DNA from: Octopus vulgaris
Lineage: Eukaryota
Reading direction: 5' to 3'
DNA: 64,000 bases
Assembly (NCBI GenBank): GCA_951406725.2
Contig: OX597820.1
Span: 46,872,001 to 46,936,000 of the forward strand
Shown piece by piece: positions 12,301 through 27,681 of the stretch. The number at the start of each line of letters is the position of its first letter. Position 1 is the first letter of the stretch. The notes beneath the pieces are model-generated. The model was not told the origin of the DNA, ran no database searches, and worked only from the letters and a program-made list of their open reading frames with translations. The position numbers and the translations under genes were made by a program.

Positions 12301-15300
12301 AAGGGGACTCTGGAAAGTGTGATCCATGTACGGGGACTGAAGTGATACCGAAACAAAAGACAAACCTCAAGTTGGGATTGAATCATATTCCCAATCTCAG
12401 CAACCTTTGTACCCTTTGTAGGAGTTGCTGTTGGACGATTTAGGGTCTTCTTAGAATGACCAGTTAGAATATTCCCTGCATCGAAATCACTGCTGTAAAG
12501 AGAAAAAAAGCTGAAGTTAATACTTTTTACTGTAAAAAAAAAAAGGAAAAAATGGAAGACTCTGTGGTCATTTGATCTGCCAAAAATAAGAGCCAAATTT
12601 CCTTCAAATTACCTCCTCTGCCTTGAGTCTATAGAATCATGAGATTATAACATATCTGGATTTCTGTGGCATTTAAACAACTGATTATTCAACACTACAT
12701 CCTGAATAGGATACCTGCCCATCATAGGGTTAACCAGCCAGCTGTTGTTGGTACTCCTCTTATATGAGTCAATTGGAGAAATGTGGAACGAAATGCTTTA
12801 CTCAAGAACACAAGATATTACCTGGTTCAAGAATTGATGTCATGATCTAACAATGGCGAACCCAACACTCTAAACCACTTGGCTCATACGCTTTCACAAA
12901 TCACACCCCACCATCTTAAAAATAGAAGTACACCAAGGATAATACAGTACCCCTATGATCACAGATTTGCTGTATGAGGCCAACCTGGGGAGTAAATAAT
13001 AATACCAACATCATCATATTCATTTAATGTCCACTTTCTCTACTGGCATTGGGTTGACAGTTTGACCGAGGACTGGCAAGCCAAATGGCTGTACCAGGCT
13101 CCAATCTGATCTGGTAATGTTTCTACAGCTGGGATGCCCTTCCTAACGCCAACCACTCTGAGAATGTAGTGGGTGCTTTTTACGTGCCACTGGCATGAGG
13201 GTCAGTCAGGTGGTACTGGCATTGACCACGCTTGAATGGTGCTTTTTACGTGCCAGTCAGGCGATACTGGCATCGGCCACAATAATGACTTCACTTGACT
13301 CAACAGGTCTTCGCAAGAACAGTTTATTGCCTAATGATCAAAGGGTACTCTTTTGAACAATATTAACAAACCTCACTCTTTCTGTGTGTGTGGGGATATA
13401 TCAGCCAGATAAGTATAGGATCTGAATTTCCTTAAGATTATACTCTACCATCCTAAAAATGGAAGGACATATTGAATAATGTACCAGTAGATACTCTGTT
13501 GAAATAGAATACAGGTTAGTCATGGTTTTATTATATAGTTCTAAAGATGCAAGACTAAACTAAACCTATGCTGCTGTGGCTGCTGCTACAGCAGCAGCAG
13601 CAGCAGCAGCAGCAGCACCACCACCACCACCACCACCAATAACAACAACAACAACAACAACAACAGCACAGCAGCAGCAGCAGCAGCAGCTGCAGGTGAT
13701 AAAACGAGATGATGATATAAGTGTGTACTCAGGGTTCTCAAAAGTCACACATGGTTGATTAAGGTACTAAACTATTTACTGAATGGTCAGTGGTGCATGT
13801 CTTGTTACCAACAATATGCCAAAAGACTCAACACCTTAAGTCTAACCAGTTTGTGTTTATTTGATTTTCTTTTTTTGAAATCAATTTGAAAACAGTAGGG
13901 TTGTTGCGTATATAACTAGTTTGTTGCATTTCTAATGGCAAGAATTTTAAGTGAGTGTTTGAATGTTTGAAATTTAATGCAAAGGACTTCTTTCAATGAG
14001 CACACTGATGTTTATATCTTTTGCAAAAGATATAAATATAGATACATATATGATAAGTTTCAGCATGGTTTCTGTTGAACAAGTTTTACTAACATGCTAT
14101 TAGTTATACCAAGGTCTTAGTTGAAGACATTTGCTCATTGTGCAATCATGCAATTGTGAACAAATATGAAGGCAGTGAGCTGGCAGAAGCATTAGCACGC
14201 CGGGTGAAATGCTTAGCGGTATTTCGTTTGTCTTTACAATCTGAGTTCAAATTCTGCCGAGGTCGACTTTGCCTTTCATCCTTTAAGGGTTGATAAATTA
14301 AGTACCAGTCAAGTACTGGGGTTGATGTAATTGACTCTACCCCTCCCAACAAAAGTTTCAAGGCCTTGTGCCTTCAGCAGAAAGGATTATTATTATCATT
14401 ATTTGAGAAAACAAGAATGTACTCAACACTTCAAAATATAACATGACACTTACCTGTCTTCAGCATCAAAATCAGAAATGACATTTTTACGGGGCAAAGG
14501 AACTGGCTGCCTTTTAGGGTTCTCAGCATGATGTGATGGCTGAACTTTGTCAAGGGCTACACTCCTTGCTGGGGTTGCAGGGGACTTGGCTGGAGTGTTA
14601 TAATGTTGGTCATTCAGAAGGGAGGAAACATCAGTATCAGTCCATGAATCAGTTTTCTCCTTATCACTATCATCGCTCTCACTCCAAGTTGTTGTTGGCT
14701 TTTGTTTTGGACCATTTGACCTTTTGTGGAGAAACAGAAAAAAAAATAGCAAAAAATAAAGTACTTAATAAATGAAACCGAATGGTTTCCACTACTTTCA
14801 AACCATCACCCTTACTGTGGCCATCATCCTCCTTGTTTTCATTGTCATCCCCAACACATCAACACCTAGACATATATCTAACACTCTAGAACACTAGTAC
14901 AATACCATTTTAAAATCATTGACCAATCCTCACACTCATTTCAGACAAACATAGAAAACGCATACACATAAAAGTAGCAATAGCATCAATAGCGAGATTA
15001 AGTCTAAACCCTGAGGTGCACAGCACCAATTGTAGGTTCATAGAAGTAACAACTGTTGGCACTGACCAAATCTACAATGACTGCCTGTCACAACTGGCAG
15101 ACACATGCCCATCTGTGTTCACACATGAACTGACTGGACAGTGGAAAGATAAAGAAAAAAAGACAATGTATCCAGAAGGTGACAGTGTGCCTTACATGAT
15201 TGACCATCACATACTGAGTCAACAAAATAATCTCTATAATATATAGTCTTGTTTGATCTGATAGAAATAGCAGCCAAATTTCTCTCAAATCACACACTAC

Positions 15301-18300
15301 TTTCTTGAAAAAAAGAAAAGGGAATACATCTAATCCTGCAAAAAGACCGAATAGTCACAACCTGAACACTTTTGATATGATAAGACTGACCTAAGGTTAA
15401 ATTGAAACAACAGTCACTGTATACCAATGTGCATAGTATCTTCAGTTAAACTAAGATATGGTTTATCTGGAACAACAGATCTATGCGTTACACATAATTA
15501 TTGACTAGGCGCAGGAGTGGCTGTGTGGTAAGTAGCTTGCTTACCAACCACATGGTTCCGGGTTCATTCCCACTGCGTGGCACCTTGGGTAAGTGTCTTC
15601 TACTATAGCCTCGGGCCGACCAAAGCCTTGTGAGTGGATTTGGTAGACGGAAACTGGAAGAAGCCCATCGTATATATGTATGGATATATGTATGTGTGTA
15701 TATGTTTGTGTGTCTGTGTTTGTCCCCCCATCATTGCTTGACAACCGATGCTGGTGTGTTTACGTCCCCGTAACTTAGCGGTTCAGCAAAAGAGACTGAT
15801 AGAATAAGTACAAGGCTTACAAAGAATAAGTCCTGGGGTCGATTTACTCGACTAGAAGGCGGTGCTCCAGCATGTTCGCAGTCAAATGACTGAAACAAGT
15901 AAAAGAGAGTAAAAGAGAGTATGTATGAACCATAAAGCTGCTGGACTAGAGCCAACCTGGGTCCAAACAGTGACAGTAGAGATGGCGGTGACGAGGACGA
16001 TGACAGTAACAGAAAAAGAGACAGAATAAATTAAAAAAAGGTACAGTCAGTAAGAAAAGTCCAATCATACATTGTTGCTGTAGATATTCGTATTGACGGT
16101 ACGGGCTCATGGCTGCTGGATGCACCTTGAGAATGAATTTCAGCCTTCGAAATAATGGGTCTTGGAGCAAAAGTATCAATTGGCCGATGTGATGCTTGTT
16201 GTTGCTTTGGTTGCTGTTGCTTCTTTGGCATCTTGTTGCTGTTATCCTTCTTTGAATTAAATCTTACAGTTTGTTGGGGGCTGCGAACTTTTGGAGCTGC
16301 AATAAACAACCACGTAAAGTTTACAAATTAAAAATTACATAATAAAAACCTATGATGGTGCTTCTTTGCTTGTGAAAAGGGCAGGCAAATCATTCCTTAA
16401 ATCAATCTGCCATTGTAACCCCTTTGAGACAACATTTCTACTGAAACACACCCACCTGTGTTTCAAACAGTTCTGCAAACAATCAAGAATTTAGAGAGTT
16501 TTAGTAAAATGAAATTATGTTTGGAACAAGGTTACATTTTCTTACATAAAAATACAATGGAAGATTTTAATATAACAATAATAATAATAATAATAATAAT
16601 TGTGTACAGTGCTCAGGTGCACTACAACTCATCTAAAGTGTATATATAATCAGGTGTAGTTTCGGCGGATTTCGGAAAGCATGAGGGCCTTAAAGGATGC
16701 AGTGTCATGGCAGTCAACAACTGACGCAGGTAGTTTATTCCATGCTTCAGCAACTCTGAGCGTGAAAAAATGTTTCCGAAAGTCATGGGAGCTGTGTGGT
16801 TTTCTGCCTTTGTAGGCATGTCCACGTGTGTTAGACACATGGAGATCAAAAAGGTGTTCAGTGTTGTTGTTGGTGAGGTGGTTGATAACTTTGTGGGTGT
16901 TTACCAAGTCCGTCGCCAGACGCCAGAGCTTCAGTGAATCCATGCCCAGGGAAACAAGGCGCTCAGAATATGGTAGGTGTCTGATGGAGGGTATGCGTTT
17001 GGTTGCACGTCTCTGGACAGATTCCAGGAGGTCAATGTTCTGAGCAAGATAGGGGTTCCAAACTGATGATGCGAATTCCAAGTGTGGTTGTACCATAGCT
17101 GTATACAGTTTTAAATAGATGGCTGGAGAGCGGCTAACAAAAGTCTTGCTGAGTGATGCCAAGACACCCTCGGCCTTCTTGACAATTTTAGAGATATGCT
17201 TTGTCCAACGCAAATCACTGCTGACAGTGATGCCTAGGTCACGCTCGCAGGAGGATTTCTTGATATCAGTGTTGTGGAGGGAGTATGTGGACGCAGGGTT
17301 TTTTCTCCCAAAATGCATGGTGGTACACTTGTCCACAGCCAGTTTCAGTTGCCAGTCTGTGATCCATTGCTGCATTGTGTCTAGGTCTGATTGCAGGAAA
17401 GAGTTGTAGACATCAGGATCTGTCCTCTTGATTTCAAGGTACAGCTTGATGTCGTCTGCATATTTCAATACTGTGGCATTCTTTAAATTGGCATCTATGT
17501 CATTAATGTATGCCACAAACAAGAGGGGACCAAGGTGTACCCTGTGGTACACCCGATGACATCTCATATGGTGTAGAATGCTGTCCTAGAACTGTGACTA
17601 CCTCCTTTCTGCTGAGAATGAAGGATTTCAACCAGTTAAAAAGGTCATCCCTCACACCCATTGCAGAGAGTTTCACCATAAGCCTTTTGTGTGGCACAGA
17701 GTTGAAAGCCTTAGCAAAGTCAAGGTAGACAACATCCACCCATGAGCCACTGTCAGTGATCTGAGTAATGTCCTCAAGGAACTCGACAAGCTGATCACTG
17801 CAGCTGGAGTTAGGGACAAATCCATATTGTGAGGGTCGGATGAGACTGTGAGAGCTCCAGAAGTTCCAGAGTGTTTCTCTGACACACGATTCCATCAGTT
17901 TTGCAATACAGCTAGTGAGACTGACTGGGCAATGTAAACCTTAAGCAAATGGCTTCTTTATAAGAACGACAGAGGTGATCTCAGATAGGTTGGTATATAA
18001 AAAAAAGAAACACACTGGAAACTGTATTATTAGATATTAGATACAAAAGAAGGAAAAGAAAGAATTGGAGACAGCAAACGTTTGATCAAATGTATTCCAG
18101 CCTTTGATCATAGATTTACAAGACATGGGGGCCAAAAAACATTAACGATAGAAGGTGGTTGTCTCCTCACTAAAGCATCGAATCTCTTATGACATGAGCT
18201 GAATGAAGAAAAGTAATCATAAATAAAACCAGGCACTTTTCTACTAAAATCATAATTGTGATGGCAGAGACAATTGCACTAGTGTTGCATCATCATCATC

Positions 18301-21300
18301 ATCATCATTATCGTTTAACGTCCGCTTTCCATGCTAGCATGGGTTGGACGATTTGACTGAGGACTGGCGAACCAGATGGTTGCACCAGGCTCCAATCTTG
18401 ATCTGGCAGAGTTTCTACAGCTGGATGCCCTTCCTAATGCTAACCACTCCGAGAGTGTAGTGGGTGCTTTTACATGCCATCAGTACGAGGGCTAGTAGGT
18501 GGTACTGGCAACGGCCATGCTCAAATGGTGTTTTTATGTGCCACCTGCACAGGAGCCAGTCCAGCGGTACTGGCAACGACCTTGCTTGAATGTTTTTTCA
18601 TGTGCCAGTAAGGCAACGCTTGTTGCATATACTTTATATACTAAAGTACATAACATTAAGTGAATACTACCAGTGGCATGTACAACTTTCCTTGCATCAT
18701 CTAATAGTCACATATCTGTGTATGTAACAGTTACAAACCTGTTAATGCAGTTCTCATATCAAAACTATTTTGAAACATGAAATATAAACCAGCCACTATC
18801 ATCATCATTGCTTAACGTCCGTTTTCCATGCTGGAATGGGTTGGACGGTTTGACAGAAGCTGGCTAGCCAGGGAGCTGTCCAGACTCCAGTTGTCTTTTG
18901 TAGCACGATTTCTACAGCTGGATGCCCTTCCTAATGCCAACCACTTTACACAGTGTGCTGGGTGTTTTTTTTATGTCCTACCAGCATAGGTACATTTATG
19001 CTGCACCAGCACGAGTGCATTTCATGTGGAACTGGCACATATAATGGACAAGCCTCTATGTATGGATGACAGCAAGTTTACATAGCTTGATGCATCTTTA
19101 CAAGTACAGCAAATTGCCACAACTCTTGGTCCTGATATCTACAGAAACTTGTGATCTACCACTTCAAAATATTATTAAATTATTTTATTCTAAGAAGAAG
19201 AGCACTGCTGGAAATATCAGACTTCAAATTTACCTAACATGTACTGCATTCCATTCAATAATTATCAAACATACCATTGTGTTTTGTAATAAATTTTATA
19301 CAGCTGAAAGTCCTAAATACCATCTAATGCAAATAAAGCCAGTTGTCAAAATGGTGAATTTAACCAGACAAACTACTTCAGAATGAGGTAGTGGTATACA
19401 AACATCATTTACAGGGTACCTATTTACAACCAACCACCCACACATGCATGCATGCATGTGTGTATGAAATATATACAGGCAGTTTTGGTATTATGGAATT
19501 CTATGTTTCTGAAAATCTAGCCACAACATGGAAATCTGTAGCATGAAACCTATTTCCTCATTAATTCTCGTGTTATAAACTGAGATGTGTTCAAAAAGAA
19601 ATGTTTTGGGGGAAAAACAAAAGTAATACAAATACTTTTATGCATAAAAACACCAGTTTTTAAACAAACATAGTATGAATATATATAAAAAAAAGTATTT
19701 GAAAAGAAATACAGAAGGGAATAAATAAGAATGCAGTAATAGCTCTTCTACAAGAACCTTCTTTGACCCCACTCTTCATATTTTAACCTATTGTCCCTTA
19801 ACATAAACTTGCACCCCTCCACCAACCCCAAGGGGGCGGTCGTAGTCTTGCAGGCTACATGGAAATCTCAATAGTGCTGGTGGCACAAAAAAAAAAAAAA
19901 AAGAAAGCATCCAGTTCACCTGTAAATGGAATGGACACAAGGAACTCATACCATAATGGACACTGGAGTATGATACAGTCCTTGGACCTGTTGGATCCTG
20001 TTAAACTATCCAATCAATGTCAGCATGGAATGTGGACGTTAAATGATGATGATGATGATGATGATATTATGGTATAGTACATACTTATAATTAAGGATGT
20101 TAACTGCTGTGTGATAAGCTGTGGTGCAAAGGGAGATACTACATTCTGTTCTGTAGACCATTACAATCAACATTTTGTTAACTAAAGTTGTTTGACATTT
20201 ATGATGCACTCTTTCTTTGTAAAGAAAAAAATTCCAACAGTAACTACAGTAGCAAAAAAGAAAAACGATAAAAAAAAGGAGGAAACAAACCTTTTACAAC
20301 AGTTTTACTCTCTTTCACAGTTTTCATACTTTTCTCTGAAGCTTGTAATTTTTTCTTAGCAATGGTGTTGACGAGTTCATCAAGTCTTTTACGTTCTTTA
20401 TAAAAGCCAGGGTATTTCTAAAATGTAAAATGAGCCAAGCTTTTGAACCATCCGCAAGTAGATTGACATGAGTAACACAGCTCAGTAGAGCAACAATATC
20501 TGTTTCTCTGACTACAGTTGACTATAGGCTACTTCCAGCTTAATTCAATTTACTTTATTCTTTTCTCTTAAGTCTAAGACTTCCTACTACTAAGTCTCTA
20601 CCACTCCATGTTTTCTCAGTCCTTCCTCTGCAGAGCCATAGTGCATTCAGAAACACCATAGTATGTCATGGTCCCTCATGTTGTCAACAACGGAACTGTT
20701 TAAAAACTATTCCACACTGCACAACATTAAACCCAGAAGCTAGTTAGGAAGCCTCCACACAAATACTACCCAAACATTTTCACAAAGGGGTTAAATAAAA
20801 AGAATATACAAACTGAATATAAATATGAATATACCAGGAAATACATGTCTAGAATGACTTACTCTGTGCAATGAAACAGTCATGGCACTCCATTGGTTAC
20901 AACGACAAAGGTTCCAGTTGATCCAATCAACAGAACAGCCTGCTCCTGAAATTAACGAACAAGTGGCTGAGCACTCCACAGACACGTGTACCCTTAATGT
21001 AGTTCTTGGGGAGATGCAGCGTGACACAGAGTGTGACAAGGCTGGCCCTTTGAAATATAGGTACAACAGAAACAGGAAGAAAGAGTGAGAGAGTACAGCA
21101 GGGGTCGCCACCACCCCCTGCTAGAGCCTCATAGAGCTGTAGGTGTTTTTGCTCAATAAACACTCACAACTCCCAGACTGGGACTTGAGACTGCAATCCT
21201 ATGACCGTGAGTCTGCAGCCCTAGCCATTGGGCCATTGCGCCTCCATAATGAAACAGTAAATGCTGAAAAATATAATATTGTTCTCAAGTAGACAAAGAC

Positions 21301-24300
21301 ATAGTATATATGGATCTGTGGATTATATCTAATCCTTCTACTAGTGTTATATACCATAGATCTGCTGGGCCACTGTTGATCTGAGATTAAACAAGTTTAT
21401 CATCGCAACACACACCCTCACCATTGCTTCCACTACTACCACCCCTATCACTAACTTAAACACTACTAGCACTGCTGACATAAGTACTACTAAACTGGCC
21501 CACCAACACTACCACTGCAGGTGCTACTGCCATTATTATAACCTCAACACATCTGGAAATAAGTAAGTGGTAAAAACTATGTAGGGTATGTATGTATACC
21601 TTGGCTTTGTTGACTCTGTCTTTCTTGAGGATTGAAATCTTGTCCTGATAACTTTTGGTCGATATTGCTTTGGTACTCTGTAAATGAGAGAGAGATTAAA
21701 AACTGGTGATTGATGGAAAATCTGCTTTGTAGCTCCATGTCAGAAAAAAACAAAGGAGAAAAAACTTTTACTGGAGCTCACAACTTAGATATTGTATTGA
21801 CCTCATTTAGCTATATTGTATGTTTTATTCATCATGATCATCCTCATCCTCATTTAACATCCATGTTCCATGTTGGCATGGGTCAGATGGTTTGACAGGA
21901 TCCAATGGGTTTGAGGATTGCATCATGCCCTAAGGTTTTGTTTGGCATGGTTTCTATGGTTGGATATCCTTCTTAATGCCAATTACTGATATATTTTTCA
22001 TGCTACCAGCACTATTGAGGGGACCATGCTGCTTACAGGACTATGAGCCCTGAGGAAGAATGTGCTTTTCTTGTGGGTGGGTGGGTGAGGGGTCAAAGTA
22101 TGAGAAGTGGGTGTGTAGAGAAGGTTGTTGTAGAAGAGCTGCATGGATATATTTTTAGAATACTTTGTTTGCAAAATGAATTTTCTTTTTTTTTAGACTA
22201 TCCCCAAATAGAGAATCTAGCAAACATTGGTTTTTTCCCCTTATACCTAGGATGAGCAAAAAAAAAGGTCTGTTTTTAGACATTTGTAATTTTATTTTCA
22301 TTTACTACAAGCGTTGCCTTACTGGCACTTGTGCTGGTGGCATGTGAAAAAACATCTGAGCGAGGTCATTGCCAGTGCTGCTGGACTGGCTCCTGTGCAG
22401 GTGGCACATAGAAAACACCATTTGAGCATGGCTGTTGCCAGTGCTGCCTGACTGGCCCTCATGCCGGTAGCACATAAAAGTACCCACTACATTCTCAGAG
22501 TGGTTGGTGTTAGCAAGGGCATCCAGCTGTAGAAACTCAGCCAGATCAGATTGGAGCCTGGTGCAGCCATCTGGTTCACCAGTCCTCAGTCAAATCGTCC
22601 AACCCATGCCAGCATGGAAAGCGGACGTTAAACAACGATGATGATGATGATGATGATGATAATATTTTTGTTATGTTTCTTTCCAATATGGCTACTCATG
22701 CCAGAGCAGCATGAAATGTCTGGCTCTTCTTCACTAACCCATGACACTACTCTTTTTTTTCACTTCTGGTCACTTCATTACTCCCCACCCAACTCCGTCT
22801 CATCATTTACTCTCTCCACTGCCACCCTCTCACAACAATAAATCTGTTTCTCCCTACATTCTTTAACTTCTCTCAATGCTCACCTAAAGACTTCACCCTC
22901 TCTCGTATTCTCTGTTTGTTGTGGAGGCTCTTTAGTCTTGTGAATTACATGGTGACCTCATTAGTATTGGTGCCACAAAACAGCACTCAATACACTCTGT
23001 AAAGTGACTATTGAATTGAGCAGAGACAACACAGGGGTAAGAGGATTCTTTTATCTAACCAAGGATAAGTCAACCTCTATAATGCTGGTACCACAAAAAA
23101 AAAAAAAAAAAAAAAAAGCATTCTGTACACCTTGTAAAGTGGTTGGTGTCAGTTTCTAGTGCTGGGTAGCCTTCCTATGTGAAAAACTGAGATGTCTGGG
23201 CAAGGTATGCTTCTCTGACCTGTCGAACCCTGTCAAACTATCCAACCCATGCCAATATGGAAAGGATTGTAAAATGATTATGATGATGATGATGATGAAG
23301 AGTATGATGATAATGATGAAGGAAAGCTTAGTCTTTGAGGTGGAATTTTGGCCATGTGTGTAAGTGGTGGAAGAGGGACTCACCATGAAAGATCACCATT
23401 TCACTAGTTATATGAGACATTTAATGCTGGTGCCACATAAAAAGCACCGATGCCAGCATCATGTAAAAGCACCCAGTACACTCTGTGAAGTGGCTGGCAT
23501 TAGGAAGGATATCCAGCCATAGAAACCATGCCAGCATGGAGAACAGACATTAAATAATGATGAAGAAGATGATAATGAGTATATCTTAGGTTAACTGAAG
23601 AAGAGCAGATTGAGACTGCTCAGCAATAACTAACATCCCCAAATACAATAACCGTTTCAAAGTTTGAACTTATGACTGGTAAACAAAACTATCTTTATGA
23701 AGACTTCCACACTGTGTAGTTATGTCAAAATAACTGTAGAGCTGTAGTTGAGCTCAAGTTAGATCTTTGCATGAGAGGTAATGTAAAAGAGATTGAGTGA
23801 TAAAACAAACATACAGCGGGGAAACCGATCTTCTCTAGTTTCTCAGTCAACAGATCGGCCATTTCTGATTTCATTTCTTTTAAAATCTTTGGATTTTCAG
23901 ATACTTGTTTGTACATCTTTTGCATCAGCTCATTGTATGTTCTAAAAAAGAAACAAAAGAAACAAAAAATAGTAGTAGTAGTAGTAGTGGTGGTGGTGGT
24001 GGTGGTGGCAACACAATTACAATAATATACTAAGGTATGCTTATAAAAACTGGCAGGGAGATCAAAACAAACTGAACATAAAGTAATAAAAAGTACATTT
24101 CTTTAACTGGCCAGGAAAAGATTGAGAGATTATCTAAACACAAGAATTTTGAGACTCAGGTAAAAATCTATGTGAAAAATATCAGTCTTTATTAGGTCAT
24201 TTGAGTGATGACAACAGACAATATAAATAACTCCACAACAATCCAGACAAATACATCACCAACATAGTTATTGTTGAACAGTCTCAACCCTGCTTCAGTT

Positions 24301-27300
24301 AATCTAAGGTAACTGGAAGCTTGGTTGCAAATCTACAAATCCATCCACTACATATCTACCCATGTGTGTACCCATAAGTCTGTATAATGTACACACTCTG
24401 TCATATTGAAGTTGGTTCTAGGTAATGTAGTATACAAACCATAGAATGCTGTATCTGTTTTGGTCAACAGTTTATTTACAAAATGATATGAATGAAGGCA
24501 GTGTCCTTGGTTCAGACAGACCATATAGTGTTCAGTGGTAAGGATCATTGCTCTTCTTGATTAAACATCAAACAGAGCAGATATTCTAGGGAATATTCTC
24601 TGCTGCACACACACACACACACAAAACACTGCATGCATGCATATATATATATATATAGGACAATGCAGCACCTGGTGTAGGAATAGAAACCATGATCTCT
24701 CCATCATGAATGCAACAGCCTAACCACTAAGCCACACACTTTCATGTGTGTATGTAAGACATGGTGTTGGACTTGTTGCCTTAAAGGAAATATATTGATT
24801 TCAAAATTTGGCACAAGGCCAGAAATTTCAGGTAAGGAGGTAAGTCATTTACATCAACCCCAGTACCTGACTGGTACTTATTTTATCAACTCCAAATTAC
24901 CGAAAGGCAAAGTTAACCCTGGTAGCTTTTGAACCCTGAATGTCAAGTCAGAAGAAGTGCTGCTAAGCATTTTGCCTGGTGTGCTAACAATTCTGCCAGT
25001 TCATTGTCTTATAAAGGAAAAATATTGGTTTCAAATTTTGGCACAGGGCCAGCAATCACATTGACCTTAGTGCTCAAGTGGTACTTATTTTATTGATCTT
25101 GAAGTGATAAAAGTCAAAGTTGACCCAGGCAGCATTTGAACTCTGAATATAGAGTTGGATGAAATACCTATTTCTTTACTACCCACAAGGGGCTAAACAC
25201 AAAGAGGACAAACAAGGACAGACAAACGGATTAAGTCGATTATATCGACCCCAGTGCGTAACTGGTACTTATTTAATCGACCCCGAAAGGATGAAAGGCA
25301 AAGTCGACCTCGGCGGAATTTGAACTGTAACGGCGGACGAAATACTGCTAAGCACTTCGCCCGACGTGCTAACAATTCTGCCAGCTCGCCGCCTTTTGGA
25401 TGAAATACCACTATGCATTTTGCATGGTGTGTTAACTATTCTGCCAGTTCACCGCCTTATAAAGGAAATATATTAAAAAAAAGATTGAGGTGGGAACGCT
25501 AAGTGGTGATGTGTATAAATGTAATGTTATTACCTGTTCAAATATGCCAGTGGCAAGTTTGAACTTATAAACAAGTCATTCACTATGTTTTGTCAGTGAG
25601 AAAATTTATTTACAGCCAGCCACTGATTAGTGCTACCAGCTGACATACGACAACTGGAATAACATAAGAGAGATTGTCTCTCTTATCAGCTCCCACCATC
25701 TGGTTTCTGTGACTGAAGAGGAGATAACCATTTTGAAATGCTTGTAACTCACAGTTTGGATAGGTGGCACTGTGAACTGGTTTAGGTGTATTTACACCAT
25801 TTGTCTGCAGCAAGAAATTTTCTCCATGACAAAACATAGTAGATGGCTTGTTTATGAGTTCGAACTTGCCACTGGCATATTTAAACTGGTAATAACATTG
25901 CATTAAAAAAAGAATATTATTTCCAGTAATTTTCCCCATTAGCAAGATAGAGTGAATTTGTAAGTCATCTTAAGTGGTTGGTAGAGGGCTTAAATTAAAT
26001 ACTACAAGTCATTTAGTCCAGAGCATTCTTTGTTATAACACTCTACCACATTTGCCATTATCTTACATTATCAGAACATGTATTACTGTATTCAGCTCAA
26101 AAACCCACACTGAAAGATAACATGATTGAGTCTAATATCAGACCTCAGTGAAATGCGAGTCTGACATAGTCAGGTAAAGTTCACAAAGCACTCAAGTTAG
26201 GGTCAGACACTAGCAAGTATAAGTGTAAGGACTGATCTCAGGAAGTTGGACTTCATGGAGGAAATGACCATGGATTGAGATGTCTGGCGATATAAAGTTC
26301 TTGAGAAGACCCGCCCACATCAGCGAAACTGAGTTCTAGAAGCACTGTGTAGAAAGCTTCTCACATACTCTACCACAACAAACCAAACTACATCTCTACA
26401 TCCCTTCTCTTCCTCACATTTCAGCTTCATGTACTATGATTACCTCGCACTCCTCAATCTTGTCCTCTTGACCTGGTGCCACTGTATCATTGCTCTCTGC
26501 TTGCTTGCCCCAACCTGTGCATTCTACCCACATGTCTTGTCTCACTCTATTATTGCCAAATGCTAGCCCCTGACCCGGGTATTCCACCTACACATGAGAA
26601 AACTTTTCCCTCACCCTACCTCAACAAACCAATTTACATCTCTTTCATGCATTTCCTCCTTCATTCGCTATGTCTAGCTCTCACTCCCCAATCCTGTCCT
26701 CACACCCCTGCACTTCTGTATCATTGCTATCTGGTAGGCCCTCCAACTCTATATATACCCAGGTCTTTCACCACTTAGTCGCACTCTTTAATCGCACTCA
26801 TTTCACAATATCCTGTCACTTATATTATGGCATTTGAACCTCAAGGGTATGCCCTGGCACTTGCCACTATTTGCCACCATCTTTCATCCTGCGATCTCCC
26901 ACTATCTCTCTCTCTCTCTCTCTCTCTCCTTCTCCTGCACTTCCCTTAGGCTGGGTAACCATGTATTTTCTTTGCAGTAGCACACCTGTTTCTATCTTCA
27001 TCCCTAATCTTTCTCTCTCCAGTTGGGTAACCTTGTATTCCCTCTACAGCAAGACACCTGTATCTGTCTCACTATAACCTTTTCATCACAACCTCTTCCA
27101 ATGCCTCCTCCCCTCTTAAAAGTTTTTGTCTTGCAAGTACTTGGTGACCCTGTCAGTGCAGGTGCCACTTAAAAGCACCCAGTCTACACTGTAAAGTGGT
27201 TGGTGTTCAGAAGGGCATCTAGCTGTTAAAACATTGCCAAAACTGACCTCGCCTGAGCTTGTGCCACATAAAAAGCACAAAGTTCACTCTGCTGAATGGT

Positions 27301-27634
27301 TGGTGTTAGGAAGGGCATCCAGCTGTAAAAATCCTGCCAAAACAGTCACAGAAGTCTGATGCAGGCTTCAGCCTGGCCAGCTCTTGTGGTACCATCCAAC
27401 CTATGCTAGCATGGGACATGGACATTAAATGAGGATGATGGTAATACATGTACATATGAAATAAAAATATTAACTCACTGGGTATCATAGAGACTGTTCT
27501 GGGTGCCGTGGTCATCTGAAATATAAATAAGTTACATGATACTTAATTATAATATTTTTGCCTCTGTCTTTACAAAAGAATGTTAGTTGCTATAGAAACT
27601 CAAATTAACTCAGCTGTCCCACTCAGTGTGTGAC

Positions 27635-27681
<47 letters not shown>

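Noticed and set aside
12297-12365. Read-through of exon 17 to TAA as the gene end
   Set aside because: Downstream exons 18-21 continue in phase with good splice sites
13566-13758. Poly-Ala/Pro/Thr/Gln ORF
   Set aside because: Translation of a compound microsatellite; no splice sites and not needed in the gene model
23590-23745. Two hammerhead-like remnants (CTGAAGA with a gagcag/ctgctc stem; TGAAGAC...GTCAAAA)
   Set aside because: GAAA core is mutated in both; too degenerate to call
12366-23941. Three exons of exactly 127 nt
   Set aside because: No sequence similarity among them; treated as coincidence
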